From an uncultured Leptospiraceae bacterium (GTDB lineage Bacteria > Spirochaetota > UBA4802 > UB4802): 64,000 bases of DNA. Below are positions 31,192 to 40,892 of this stretch, piece after piece. How positions within the stretch are numbered: the first letter of the stretch is position 1; the number at the start of each line of letters is the position of its first letter. The translations under genes were made by a program, and so were the position numbers. The notes under the pieces are model-generated. The model did no database searches and was not told where the DNA came from. It worked only from the letters and a program-made list of their open reading frames with translations. The DNA lies in NCBI GenBank assembly GCA_964486725.1, contig CAZAOK010000006.1, positions 1,121-65,120 of the forward strand. Direction: 5' to 3'.

Positions 31192-33756
31192 TTATTGCTG
31201 CGCCCAGGTAATCATTCCGGACTGGAATTTTCGAATCATATGGGGATGTTTGGGTATAACCCTAACCGTGAAACCGAACTGTCCGGATTTCAGACACAAC
31301 AGTTGTCCATTATATGTATATGAAGTATCACCGCTTTTTTCGTCAACTGTCATGGGAAGAGAGGCGCCATTTTCGATTTCACCACGAAGATTCAAGCTGC
31401 CAAAATACAGTTCAACCTGCACATCCTCGGGATTAAGCTTGCCAAGGTTTACATCAGTGGTCACTTTCAGGCGTGATCCCACGATGATCTCACTGTCCTT
31501 GCGGTATGATATATCTTTAACGAACACGTGATTCCATGCTGCTGATACCTTTGCCTTCCAGTCAGCCAGTTCTTTTGACCTCTTGAACCCGTTTTCGCTG
31601 AAAAGCCTGTAATTATGATGGGCGTTCAGATAAAATTTTTCGGTATAGTCACGAACCATCCTGTTAGTATTAAACTGGGGAAGCAATGACTTCATAGATT
31701 CCTTGATTTTACCTATCCATTCACGGGGCAGCCCGTCGGCTCCCCTGTTATAGAACATGGGCACCATCTCTTTTTCAAGAATGTTATAAAGGGAAAGACT
31801 TTCTACCTCGTCCTGGTAATCCAGGTCATCATATTCTTCACCTTTGCCGATTGCCCATCCGTTATGCTCGGATATGGCCTCAGCCCACCAGCCGTCAAGA
31901 ACACTGATATTCAGACCACCGTTAGGTATTACCTTCATACCACTGGTACCCGATGCCTCCTTTGGCCTTACAGGAGTATTCAGCCATACATCCACTCCCT
32001 GAACTATGTAACGGGCAATATTGATATCATAATCTTCAAGAAATACCACCTTGTTGCGATACCGTTCATCATCACGTACAAGGTGCACAATCCTTTTGAT
32101 AAGTTCTTTGCCCATATTATCCCTTGGGTGAGCTTTACCGGCAAATATCAGTTGTACAGGGTAGTCCTTGTTCAGTAAAATTCTATCAAGGCGCTCCATG
32201 TCCCGAAATATCAAAGTTGCCCTTTTGTAGGTGGCAAATCGTCGGGCAAATCCGATGGTTAACGCTTCAGAGTCCAGTACCGACTCAGCTTTCTGGGCCT
32301 CACTTCGGGGAGCCCCGCGATTTATAAGCTGATCATGAAGATGTTTCCTGGCATACGCCACCAGGCGCTCCCGTAATCTATCCCTGCAGCGCCAAAGCTC
32401 AGAATCAGGGATGGAATTGATGTTTGTCCAGATATTTTTGTCTACCGGGTTGTCGATCCAGCGGGGACCGAGGTATCGGTTAAAAAGCCGCATCATTTCA
32501 TCCGATGTCCACGAAAGGGTCTGAATGCCGTTGGTGATATGATCAATGGGTATTTCGTGTTCAGGCAGCGACGGCCAGAGATTGCTCCACATCCTGCGGG
32601 ATACATGTCCGTGAAGTTCTGATACACCGTTGCAATATGCCGCGGTTTTGATGGCCAGAACCGTCATACAGAATGTCTCGTTTTTATCAGTTGGGTTTTC
32701 ACGGCCCAGTGCTAAAAAACCCTCCCTTTGCAATCCCAGGGTGTTATAATAATGACCGAGGTATTTATCTATCAGTTCAGGCGAAAACCTGTCATTACCG
32801 GCCGGTACCGGGGTATGGGTTGTAAAAACCGTGCTGGCCTTAACGAATTCAAGTGCCTCGCTGTATTTAAGACCCTGTTCTTTCATGGCATCATGAATAC
32901 GTTCAATGGCCAAAAAGGCTGAGTGTCCCTCGTTCATGTGAAAGGCGGTAATATTTTTGCCCACTGCCCTGAGGGCCCTCATCCCGCCGATGCCCAGCAG
33001 CATTTCCTGCTTCACCCGCATCTCGTTGTCACCGCCATACAGCTGGTCGGTGATCATCCTGTCTTCTACACTGTTACGTGTTATATTGGTATCAAGAAGG
33101 TAGAGATGCAGCCGTCCCAGGTTAGACTTCCATATCTGGGCGTATACAACCCGGCCGGGAAATTCCACGCTGATCACCAGTGGCTGCTCATTTTCATCCA
33201 TAACCAGTGTGAGGGGCAGGTTGTGAAAGTCGGTCTCGGGAAAACGTTCCTGCTGCCAGCCGTCTATGTTCAGGTACTGGTGAAAATATCCAAGCCTGTA
33301 CATGAGACCAACCCCGGTAAGGGGAAGGCCAAGTTCGCTGGATGATTTCAGATGATCACCGGCAAGAACACCAAGTCCACCGGAATAGATAGGTAATGAC
33401 TCATGAATACCGAATTCTGCCGAGAAATAGGCAATACCCGCGTCTTTGGCATCGGGGTTGGCTTCTTCAAACCATGATTTTTTTGACAGGTGCCAGTCCA
33501 GTTCTTCTTCCACCCTTTTCATGTGGGCGATAAAACTTTCAGATTCTGCTGCCTCGTCCAGCTCTTTCTGTGACAACGCCCCCAGCAGGGCAACAGGATT
33601 ATGTCCAACCTCACGCCATACTTCAACGTTAAGCCTGCGGAAAAGTTCAATAGCTTCGAAGTTCCACACCCACCATATATTATACGCGATCTTCTTCAAT
33701 GGCTTCAGCTTATCCGGTATATAGGGGTACACCTGGAATCTTTCAATCTTTCTCAT
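31192..33756 (-). CDS. alpha-glucan phosphorylase (GlgP/DUF3417 family)
   Basis: N-terminal DUF3417 (IAYNIWWVWNFEA); PLP phosphorylase core. Confidence 0.85.
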   Translation of the reverse strand: MRKIERFQVYPYIPDKLKPLKKIAYNIWWVWNFEAIELFRRLNVEVWREVGHNPVALLGALSQKELDEAAESESFIAHMKRVEEELDWHLSKKSWFEEANPDAKDAGIAYFSAEFGIHESLPIYSGGLGVLAGDHLKSSSELGLPLTGVGLMYRLGYFHQYLNIDGWQQERFPETDFHNLPLTLVMDENEQPLVISVEFPGRVVYAQIWKSNLGRLHLYLLDTNITRNSVEDRMITDQLYGGDNEMRVKQEMLLGIGGMRALRAVGKNITAFHMNEGHSAFLAIERIHDAMKEQGLKYSEALEFVKASTVFTTHTPVPAGNDRFSPELIDKYLGHYYNTLGLQREGFLALGRENPTDKNETFCMTVLAIKTAAYCNGVSELHGHVSRRMWSNLWPSLPEHEIPIDHITNGIQTLSWTSDEMMRLFNRYLGPRWIDNPVDKNIWTNINSIPDSELWRCRDRLRERLVAYARKHLHDQLINRGAPRSEAQKAESVLDSEALTIGFARRFATYKRATLIFRDMERLDRILLNKDYPVQLIFAGKAHPRDNMGKELIKRIVHLVRDDERYRNKVVFLEDYDINIARYIVQGVDVWLNTPVRPKEASGTSGMKVIPNGGLNISVLDGWWAEAISEHNGWAIGKGEEYDDLDYQDEVESLSLYNILEKEMVPMFYNRGADGLPREWIGKIKESMKSLLPQFNTNRMVRDYTEKFYLNAHHNYRLFSENGFKRSKELADWKAKVSAAWNHVFVKDISYRKDSEIIVGSRLKVTTDVNLGKLNPEDVQVELYFGSLNLRGEIENGASLPMTVDEKSGDTSYTYNGQLLCLKSGQFGFTVRVIPKHPHMIRKFQSGMITWAQQ

Positions 33757-33924
33757 AATAACCTCTTACAAATATATTTCACAAGTGTTATAATGTATCA
33801 CTTTTCCGGGAATTGCAACATAAAATAAATATAAACCGGTGGAAAAAACCACGGCAAGGACAGGGTTTTTTCATTTGACCGGGAAAGCACTTAAATGTAA
33901 ATTTGTATACCAATAACCAGGGGG

Positions 33925-34647
33925 GTGACGATGACAACCATTACTACAGCATTATACCAGTATCCGCTGGGCACGCGAATAACTCACGAAAGTGCGGCTA
34001 TCATAAAAGGAAAGAAACCACATTTTATATGCTTTCCCGAATATTTTTTCGTGAACAGGTCACTTGGCAACCACTCACAAACCCCACATAATATGCACCG
34101 GCAGCATACACGACTATCGGTTATGTCCAGGGAACTGGATACCGTGGTTATCGGCGGCACCATGCCCGAACTGGCTGATGGACTTCTTTATAATACCACC
34201 TATGTATACAACCGGGGTGAACAGCTTGGATATTACCGTAAACGTACATTGTTTTTCGCCGAAGAAGGCAAAATCACCCCGGGCGATGAATTCAAGGTGT
34301 TTGAGGCATACGGGATACGTTTCGGTGTATTGATCTGCGCCGATGTGTTCAAGGACGAGAGCTTTCTTGCCATGAAAGAACTTGGTGCGAAGGTTATCTT
34401 TATTCCCACCTTTTCACTGGAAAGAGAAGAAACTCCCCAAGAGAAGTTCAAACGCGATAATGACATATTCGTGCGGGGGGCACAGCTTGCCGACGCGGTA
34501 CTGGTGAAGGTATGCGGGGTAAAATCACCCTACAAGGATTTCCTCCAGGCACGAAGCCTCGTTGCCACGAAGGATAAAGTGTTATACAGGGTACAGCCTG
34601 ACGAAGAGGATACACCAATGATTATTTTCCAGGACATCGAGGTATGA
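33925..34647 (+). CDS. carbon-nitrogen hydrolase family protein
   Basis: FICFPEYFF ... VLICADV catalytic-triad context. Confidence 0.7.
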   Translation: MTMTTITTALYQYPLGTRITHESAAIIKGKKPHFICFPEYFFVNRSLGNHSQTPHNMHRQHTRLSVMSRELDTVVIGGTMPELADGLLYNTTYVYNRGEQLGYYRKRTLFFAEEGKITPGDEFKVFEAYGIRFGVLICADVFKDESFLAMKELGAKVIFIPTFSLEREETPQEKFKRDNDIFVRGAQLADAVLVKVCGVKSPYKDFLQARSLVATKDKVLYRVQPDEEDTPMIIFQDIEV

Positions 34648-34756
34648 TTCAGCAGTATGCATCATAGCTTTTATATACCCGCGACCATCACCCTGTAAGC
34701 ATTCTCTCGATAACCATGCAGACTATCACCATGATGAAAAACCACGCCAGCAGCAG

Positions 34757-36277
34757 TCACATGTATGACACGGGGGCCCCGGCCCGCACCGATACATACC
34801 CCGTATCCCTCGTCTGACCGGTTATACACCATCGAAGAATTCCACCCGTAACTAATACCAGGGCGGCAATGGCAAATCCTGAGAGGTTCCACCACATCCA
34901 GGATACACCGGGCTGCATCAGCCAGAGATACATGTTCACTGACACACCCACGATCATGGCTGCTACCGCCTCACCCTGCCCGGGAAAGCGCAAAATCATG
35001 CCGATAATGAACAATGCGGCAATGGGACCGTAAAAGGCCGATCCGATCATGTTCACAAGTTCTATAACGGTATCACTGCCCCCTGCCATGTACATGGCGA
35101 AAAGGGTTGTGACGGCTCCCCAGAAAATTGTTATCAGCCTGGACAAGCGTATTTTGGTTTTGTCACGATACCCGTCCATGCCTGGAAAGATCTTCACAAG
35201 CATGTCACTCCAGGTAGAGGCACTGAGTGAATTAATGGCCGAGTCAAGGCTTGACATGGACGCGGCAAATACCCCCGAAACGATAAAACCCAGCATCCCC
35301 GCCGGCATGTAATGACGAAAAAATATCGGCATAACAAAATCAGGGGGATGACTTAACACCTCGTCAGCGAACATTGGCATTTTGTCAAGAAGTGGGATCA
35401 ACAAAAGACCTACGGCACAGTAGGTTAGCACAAGGGGAAACCGGAATATGCCGTTTATCAGCAGGGCTTTCTGGGCGATTCGGGCATTTGGCGTGGCAAG
35501 CAAACGTTGTGCCTGGCTCTGATCACAACCATAATATGACACGTAAAGAAAAAACCCCCCAAAAAGCATTGGCCATACGGCAAAAGTATTTCCGTCACCA
35601 AGCCCCGTGGCATCAAGGTGGAATATGGCAAGACGTTCTTCTGCTGCTATCGGTATAGAATAATTTCCGTCAAGTAACAGCAGCAATATCCATATGGACA
35701 CAAGGGACGCGACCCATAATATCACCAGTTGTATAATATCAGAATAGATATCCGCCCGTATGCCTCCAAGCGCGGTATACACAAGGGCTATCAGCGCAAT
35801 ACCTGCTATAGTAATATTTAATGGAAGGTCTATACACTTGCTGGTAACATAAGAGGTGGCAAGCAGGGCAACCCCCGTTGCCAGGGAACGGCTCACCAGG
35901 AAGACAAGGCTTAACATGGCACGGGCCGCCTTTCCAAAGCGGTATTCTATCCACTGGTAAATAGTAACACCTTCCATGCTTCTGAAGGAGGGAACAAGAA
36001 CTGCCATGGTCACGATCATGGCCAATGGGATGGCCAGCTCATACTGAAGCCATTTAAGTCCTCCCCCTTCTTTGACTGCTATGAACGCGGGAGCCCCAAC
36101 CAGGCTGATGGCACTCACCTGGTTGGCGATGAGGGATCCCCCCACCTGCCATGAGGGCACCCGCCGACCGCCGACGTAGTAATCATCCTGGTCTTTCTGC
36201 CGTCGTCCCACCAGGTAGCTGATACCCACTATTACAACAACATAGAAGGCAAGAATACCCCAGTCCAGTGCAACCAC
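34757..36277 (-). CDS. sodium:solute symporter family transporter
   Basis: Multi-TM SSF-like; ORF begins at TTG 36304, GTG 36277 with AAGGGGG RBS preferred. Confidence 0.75.
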   Translation of the reverse strand: MVALDWGILAFYVVVIVGISYLVGRRQKDQDDYYVGGRRVPSWQVGGSLIANQVSAISLVGAPAFIAVKEGGGLKWLQYELAIPLAMIVTMAVLVPSFRSMEGVTIYQWIEYRFGKAARAMLSLVFLVSRSLATGVALLATSYVTSKCIDLPLNITIAGIALIALVYTALGGIRADIYSDIIQLVILWVASLVSIWILLLLLDGNYSIPIAAEERLAIFHLDATGLGDGNTFAVWPMLFGGFFLYVSYYGCDQSQAQRLLATPNARIAQKALLINGIFRFPLVLTYCAVGLLLIPLLDKMPMFADEVLSHPPDFVMPIFFRHYMPAGMLGFIVSGVFAASMSSLDSAINSLSASTWSDMLVKIFPGMDGYRDKTKIRLSRLITIFWGAVTTLFAMYMAGGSDTVIELVNMIGSAFYGPIAALFIIGMILRFPGQGEAVAAMIVGVSVNMYLWLMQPGVSWMWWNLSGFAIAALVLVTGGILRWCITGQTRDTGYVSVRAGAPVSYM

Positions 36278-36297
36278 GGATACCCCCTTTATTTTTA

Positions 36298-36415
36298 ACC
36301 GCAAAGGCGCTAAGTACGCAGAGGGCGCAAAGAAAAAGAAGAGAAAAGGATGTTATAGTTTTCAAAAAATATAATAACTTTGCGATTCTCTGCGCCCTTT
36401 GCGACTTTGCGGTAA
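36298..36415. repeat. palindromic iteron element: 4x CGCAAAG-like heptamers, A/T-rich centre, 4x CTTTGCG heptamers
   Basis: Heptamers at 36300, 36308, 36317, 36326 and 36378, 36388, 36397, 36405 with about 9-bp period; homologous to the core at 55392-55488. Confidence 0.6.
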
Positions 36416-36431
36416 AGCATACACTATGGTT

Positions 36432-37364
36432 CTACTTCGTATATGACAGAGCCACTACCACGGATTTCATCTCAAGGCCGTTTAAGAACCTGTCGTTGTA
36501 CCAGCTGCTTGCAGAGGTAAGCCATCCGCCCATGCTTATGGATATGGAGAAGGCATCGGTGGTCATCCACGTGAGAGCCAGGCCCGCCATGCCGACACTG
36601 ACGGGGTCCATCTTCATTGTCTGGCTTACTGTACCAAACGGGAATGGCAAATCAACCTTTGCATTGATCTCTGGTTTATTAAAACTTCTACTGTAGAGAT
36701 AGTAGGGGGTTACTTTAAACATCTCCATTATTTTCATGGAGAATGCTATCGCTATTGATCCCCCTGTGAGAAAGCCGCTGCCGTCAGCTTTTGGCTTTAA
36801 ACTAGCGCTTACTGGTTCTTCTGGAAGAGAAAGTGACGCGTTATACCGCTCCACGAATAATCCTGCGTACACCGGGATGGAGAAATTGGAATTATCACCA
36901 AGCAAGTCAAATCCGGCTCCCCCGTACAAGGCGGTTAGGGAATAGTCAGTTCCTACAGTGACCTCTTCCGACGGGGCTGCCTCCGGATAAAAATTTCCCG
37001 TCATGTCACCTTTTATACGCATGTGGGCAAGTATACCATAAAGCATCCAGCGGTCAGTTAACGCGTAGCCGGCCCCCAGTCCGAGAGAATACCCGGTCAG
37101 GTCTTTACCCTCAACATCCGGGTCATCATATGCTTTCTGTATATCAAAGTACGCCGGCACCAGAGTTGCCGTTAATTCTCCCTGGTTATAATGGGTCATC
37201 GGCACGAATGAATCAGCAATAATGGATGATGCCACATTGGCAATTCCGTTCACTCCCTTTTCTGCGACGGATGAATCCCATTGATGGGCGAATATTGAAA
37301 GAGAAAAAAGCAGTATAAAAGCGGGTAGTAACACTACGGCTGTCCATCTTGATAACATGTTCAT
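36432..37364 (-). CDS. putative outer-membrane beta-barrel protein
   Basis: Signal peptide; alternating amphipathic strands; no named family. Confidence 0.5.
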   Translation of the reverse strand: MNMLSRWTAVVLLPAFILLFSLSIFAHQWDSSVAEKGVNGIANVASSIIADSFVPMTHYNQGELTATLVPAYFDIQKAYDDPDVEGKDLTGYSLGLGAGYALTDRWMLYGILAHMRIKGDMTGNFYPEAAPSEEVTVGTDYSLTALYGGAGFDLLGDNSNFSIPVYAGLFVERYNASLSLPEEPVSASLKPKADGSGFLTGGSIAIAFSMKIMEMFKVTPYYLYSRSFNKPEINAKVDLPFPFGTVSQTMKMDPVSVGMAGLALTWMTTDAFSISISMGGWLTSASSWYNDRFLNGLEMKSVVVALSYTK

Positions 37365-37457
37365 GATAACCTTCCATTATATAGTGAAACAGTATATAAA
37401 ACGATGTCACATTATTGCAAAAGCATAATAATAATCAAGAATTAATATGTAATACAT

Positions 37458-38174
37458 TCAGTCTAACCGGAAAGGCAATACCCGGTCATACCATATAACA
37501 CCTTCACGGTAATCAAGAAGCAGTGGATATAACTGCACACCGGAACGCAGGGCCTCAGTTACCGCTGTAGCAAATGCCGGGTCCATCCGCGCATTGGGAA
37601 TAAATACTTCGGCGTCGTTTCTGAACACCAGTATAACGATTGCGGCTTCATTTCCAACTGATCGTAAATCCATCAGTGATCGAATGTGTTTCGTTCCACG
37701 TGTGGTGGGGGCATCAGGGAACAGGGCTACCCCGTCAACGGCGAGGGTGCATCCCTTGGTCTCGATCCATACTTCTGATGTATCATTTCGGGTCAGCAAA
37801 AAATCAAGCTGGCTGTGACCCCATTTTACTTCAGCCTTCAGGCCGGTCATTTCGCCAAATGGTGATATACTGCTGTCTGCAAAAACAGCCTCTGCCGCCT
37901 TCCGGTGATACCCTGAATGGGTAAACACCCATGAGTTGTGATCATGGGCGGCGATAATATCCCACTTTGTTTTTCTGCCTGGATTTTTGGCTTTTTTGAG
38001 TAAGACCCGGTTACCAGGATACAATAATTCTTTCAACCGGCCCGGATCGTGCAGATGTACAGCTACCCCGTTTTCGGCATAGGGCTCAACTATATCCACC
38101 ATGCTCAGAAAACGGTTTGGCCGCTCCCTGAACACGGCAACGGCATCATGCCGCACCTCAATAAGTCTTTGCAT
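37458..38174 (-). CDS. sfsA: sugar fermentation stimulation protein SfsA
   Basis: RFLSMV ... EVKWGHSQLDFLL ... IETKGCTL. Confidence 0.8.
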   Translation of the reverse strand: MQRLIEVRHDAVAVFRERPNRFLSMVDIVEPYAENGVAVHLHDPGRLKELLYPGNRVLLKKAKNPGRKTKWDIIAAHDHNSWVFTHSGYHRKAAEAVFADSSISPFGEMTGLKAEVKWGHSQLDFLLTRNDTSEVWIETKGCTLAVDGVALFPDAPTTRGTKHIRSLMDLRSVGNEAAIVILVFRNDAEVFIPNARMDPAFATAVTEALRSGVQLYPLLLDYREGVIWYDRVLPFRLD

Positions 38175-39059
38175 TTACCATCCGCCCGAGGCACCGCCTC
38201 CACCGAAGCCTCCGCCACCACCGCTGAATCCGCCGCCTCCACCAAAGCCGCCTCCACCGAAACCGCCAGTGGTAAATCCACCTCCGTGATAACCTCCTGC
38301 TCCACCGGCACCACCAAATATTACCGGCAGAAGAAAGCCGAGAAAGAACCCCAGCGGCAGAAGAAAGAGAAGGGATATGAGGCTCATCTTCAGAACGGCC
38401 AGTCCAATAATGGGGAAAAAGATGGCACCGCCTATCCCGCTTACCAGTTTTTTCTGTGAACCAAGAACCATTATCAATATAATAACAGCGAATATAATAA
38501 AGTTGCCAAGCTTTCCTCCCGAAGGGGCAGGCTCACGTTTGGCAATATCCTCGCTTGAGAACTCACCCTTAACAACCCCGGCCATGGCGTTCACACCGTC
38601 AACGAAACCCCTGTCGAAGTCGCCCTTCTTGAAGTTGGCCATGATAATATTGTCAATTATTCGCCCGGCAACCAGGTCGGTAAGTGTTCCTTCAAGGCCA
38701 TACCCTGTTTCAATACGGATCTTTCTGTCCTGTTTTGAGACAAGCAGCAGGGCACCGTTGTCTACACCCTTCTGCCCTATTTTCCAGGTTTCGGCAACAC
38801 GAATGGAAAAAGGCTCCAGGGCGTCACCCTCGAGTGAGTCAATGGTCAGCACCACGATCTGCGTGGAATCACTCTGCTCAAGTTGGGCAAGGGTCTGCTC
38901 TAACTGCTGCTTCGCTGCGGGAGATATCATGTTGGCATAATCATTCACCCGTCCCTTCAACGGCGGAACTTCTTTTGCCGTGACAAGTGAAGGCAGCAGT
39001 GACAATGCAACAAAAATGATTGCCAGAGATAAAACCGTCTTTTTAATATAATTCATCAA
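38175..39059 (-). CDS. TPM-domain (YgcG-like) protein with Gly-rich C-terminal tail
   Basis: LKGRVNDYANMISPAAKQQLEQTLAQLEQSDSTQIVVLTIDSL; TM helix; GGGFGGGG tail. Confidence 0.75.
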   Translation of the reverse strand: MMNYIKKTVLSLAIIFVALSLLPSLVTAKEVPPLKGRVNDYANMISPAAKQQLEQTLAQLEQSDSTQIVVLTIDSLEGDALEPFSIRVAETWKIGQKGVDNGALLLVSKQDRKIRIETGYGLEGTLTDLVAGRIIDNIIMANFKKGDFDRGFVDGVNAMAGVVKGEFSSEDIAKREPAPSGGKLGNFIIFAVIILIMVLGSQKKLVSGIGGAIFFPIIGLAVLKMSLISLLFLLPLGFFLGFLLPVIFGGAGGAGGYHGGGFTTGGFGGGGFGGGGGFSGGGGGFGGGGASGGW

Positions 39060-39081
39060 GTACCCCTTTATTGTTCAACTC

Positions 39082-39753
39082 TTACTCACCTATTATGAGA
39101 TTATCCAGCTCATCTTTGTCATCAGGTCTCACAGGAAAATGTTCCTTTAGTATCTCTCCTACCCTGGTAATGGATTCACAGATGGCGTCTCCCTGCCTCT
39201 TTTCCTTAATCCCCCTGATAATATGCTGAACGATCTCATCCCACATTTTTTTGTCCACTTTCTCATTGATCCCGTTGTCAGCAAGCACCCATACCCTGTG
39301 CTCAAAAACGGAAATGAAGATAAGCACCCCCGTCTTGTCCCGGGTCAGGTACAGGCCGTTACGAAAAAAGCTGGTAACAGCCGCTTCTTTTACTTCCTCG
39401 TCAATTTCAGCATCCGCGATGAACATTCGCTTCATGGAAGGGATGTACTTTAACAGAAAATATGAAAGAACATACAACACCATCCCAATACCAAGGAACA
39501 TCCACATGGAATAATACAGGTAAGGGAAATATTCCATCAATAAAGACTGCTGCACCGCCAGGTAGGTAAGTGCAATGGCAGCCGGAATGGAGAAAAAGGC
39601 AGCCCCCTTAACCTCCGCAAGGGGATAGGCATAGCTTGATGATACCACCATGGGGACGATCTCCCCGGATGTGATATTCTCTACTTTTTTGACCGATTCT
39701 ATTATTTTCTTTTTTTCGCCTTCAGAGAGAAACCTGTCTGCAAGATTCTTCAT
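39082..39753 (-). CDS. TPM-domain membrane protein
   Basis: GVLIFISVFEHRVWVLADNGINEKV. Confidence 0.65.
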   Translation of the reverse strand: MKNLADRFLSEGEKKKIIESVKKVENITSGEIVPMVVSSSYAYPLAEVKGAAFFSIPAAIALTYLAVQQSLLMEYFPYLYYSMWMFLGIGMVLYVLSYFLLKYIPSMKRMFIADAEIDEEVKEAAVTSFFRNGLYLTRDKTGVLIFISVFEHRVWVLADNGINEKVDKKMWDEIVQHIIRGIKEKRQGDAICESITRVGEILKEHFPVRPDDKDELDNLIIGE

Positions 39754-39784
39754 GTAACTACTCCAGTATGAATAAAATACAACA

Positions 39785-39809
39785 GCAGAGAGGAAAGCGT
39801 CCTCTCTGC
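39785..39809 (-). terminator. 10-bp hairpin GCAGAGAGGA-aagcg-TCCTCTCTGC followed on the minus-strand transcript by UUGUAUUUUAUU; possible attenuator between lemA and the TPM gene
   Basis: Read from sequence. Confidence 0.4.
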
Positions 39810-39846
39810 GTTATTACGCGCAAATCATGATACATGATTGCACGGT

Positions 39847-40434
39847 CTAGAATTCAACTTTCGGGGCATCCTTCGCCCCTTCTTCGGCCTTGAAGTATTC
39901 TTTCCGTTCGAGATTAAGCATCATGTTGTTTGTTATATTGTAAGGGAACTTGCGGATGGCATAATTAAACTGCTGCACCGCCTCGTTATACCGCTGCCGT
40001 GCCACGTTGATCCTGTTTTCCGTTCCTTCCAATTGATGCATCAGGTCAGTAAAGTGCTTGTCCGCCTTAAGATTAGGGTATCGTTCTACCACCACCATCA
40101 ACCGTGATAGTGCCGAGGAAAGCTGTCCCTGTGCCTGCTGATATTTCTGCATAGCCTGGGCATTGCTGAGATCACCAGGCTTTATGTTCACCGAAGTTGC
40201 CTTTGCCCGTGCCTCAATCACGCCGGTGAGGGTCTGCTTCTCATGGGCTGCGTATCCTTTTACGGTATTTACCAGGTTTGGAATAAGATCAGCCCGCCGC
40301 TGCAGGGTTGATTCCAGGTTACCCCAGGCCGAGAACACCTGCTCTTCCAATGCCTGCATCTTGTTATACCCGCAACCGCTGAATGCCAGTGCGGCAACCA
40401 GTACAACGCTCACCATGGTTATAATTCTTTTCAT
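39847..40434 (-). CDS. lemA: LemA family protein
   Basis: Lipoprotein signal, LemA core ([16 protein letters not shown]). Confidence 0.8.
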   Translation of the reverse strand: MKRIITMVSVVLVAALAFSGCGYNKMQALEEQVFSAWGNLESTLQRRADLIPNLVNTVKGYAAHEKQTLTGVIEARAKATSVNIKPGDLSNAQAMQKYQQAQGQLSSALSRLMVVVERYPNLKADKHFTDLMHQLEGTENRINVARQRYNEAVQQFNYAIRKFPYNITNNMMLNLERKEYFKAEEGAKDAPKVEF

Positions 40435-40546
40435 TAAATCCTCCGGATATTCTTATCTTCGTGTGTTATTTTTCATGTGTGATGCAGGAGTATATGCATG
40501 GTTACAGAAGGGTGTCAATTATTTTTAATCCTTACCTTTAAGGGGT

Positions 40547-40686
40547 CATCACAGAGACTCAGAGAAAAGTTAGAATTAAAAAGTGATGTTTGATCAGGAA
40601 ATAAATCTATTTACATTTGTAAAAATACCATGTATACTTACAGGATCAATATATTTTTTCTCTGTGCCACTGTGTCTCTGTGGTAC
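40547..40686. repeat. about 140-bp element bounded by imperfect inverted repeats built of ACAGAG triplets
   Basis: Left catCACAGAGactCAGAGaaaag, right CTCTGTgccaCTGTGtCTCTGTggtac; 22/27 identical to the right TIR at 55507-55533. Confidence 0.5.
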
Positions 40687-40712
40687 TACGTTTTAAATAA
40701 AAGGAGAATACT

Positions 40713-40892
40713 ATGGCAAGCTGTCATACCATGAAAACAGGTGATATCTACGTATGCAGGGATTGCGGGCTTGAAGTACAGGTGATAAAGCAGTGTAAAG
40801 ACTTCGGCATACCGCCGGAGGAAAGCAGCTGCTGCGATACCCCGGAGGAATGCGAGCTCACCTGCTGCGGCAACCCTCTTGAAAAGGTGTAA
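40713..40892 (+). CDS. desulforedoxin-like small Cys-rich protein (59 aa, below ORF-track cutoff)
   Basis: AAAAGGAG RBS; MASCHTMKTGDIYVCRDCGLEVQV...ELTCCGNPLEKV matches the Dx pattern xVYKCxxCGxxVxV...LxCCGxxM, with a Cys-rich insert. Confidence 0.6.
   Translation: MASCHTMKTGDIYVCRDCGLEVQVIKQCKDFGIPPEESSCCDTPEECELTCCGNPLEKV

Noticed and set aside
36277-36304. TTG start codon for the symporter (ORF-track N-terminus MRLKIKG)
   Set aside because: An in-frame GTG 9 codons downstream has an AAGGGGG RBS. The TTG extension would run into the repeat element, so the shorter start is preferred.
36268-36696. 142-aa plus-strand ORF spanning the iteron element and the 3' end of the OMP gene
   Set aside because: It overlaps a better-supported minus-strand gene. 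Its N-terminus is read through a repeat; it has no RBS.
38377-38983. 187-aa and 99-aa plus-strand ORFs, and the poly-Pro ORF at 38101-38289
   Set aside because: They are antisense to the TPM gene. The poly-Pro/poly-Gly translations are mirror images of the Gly-rich tail codons.
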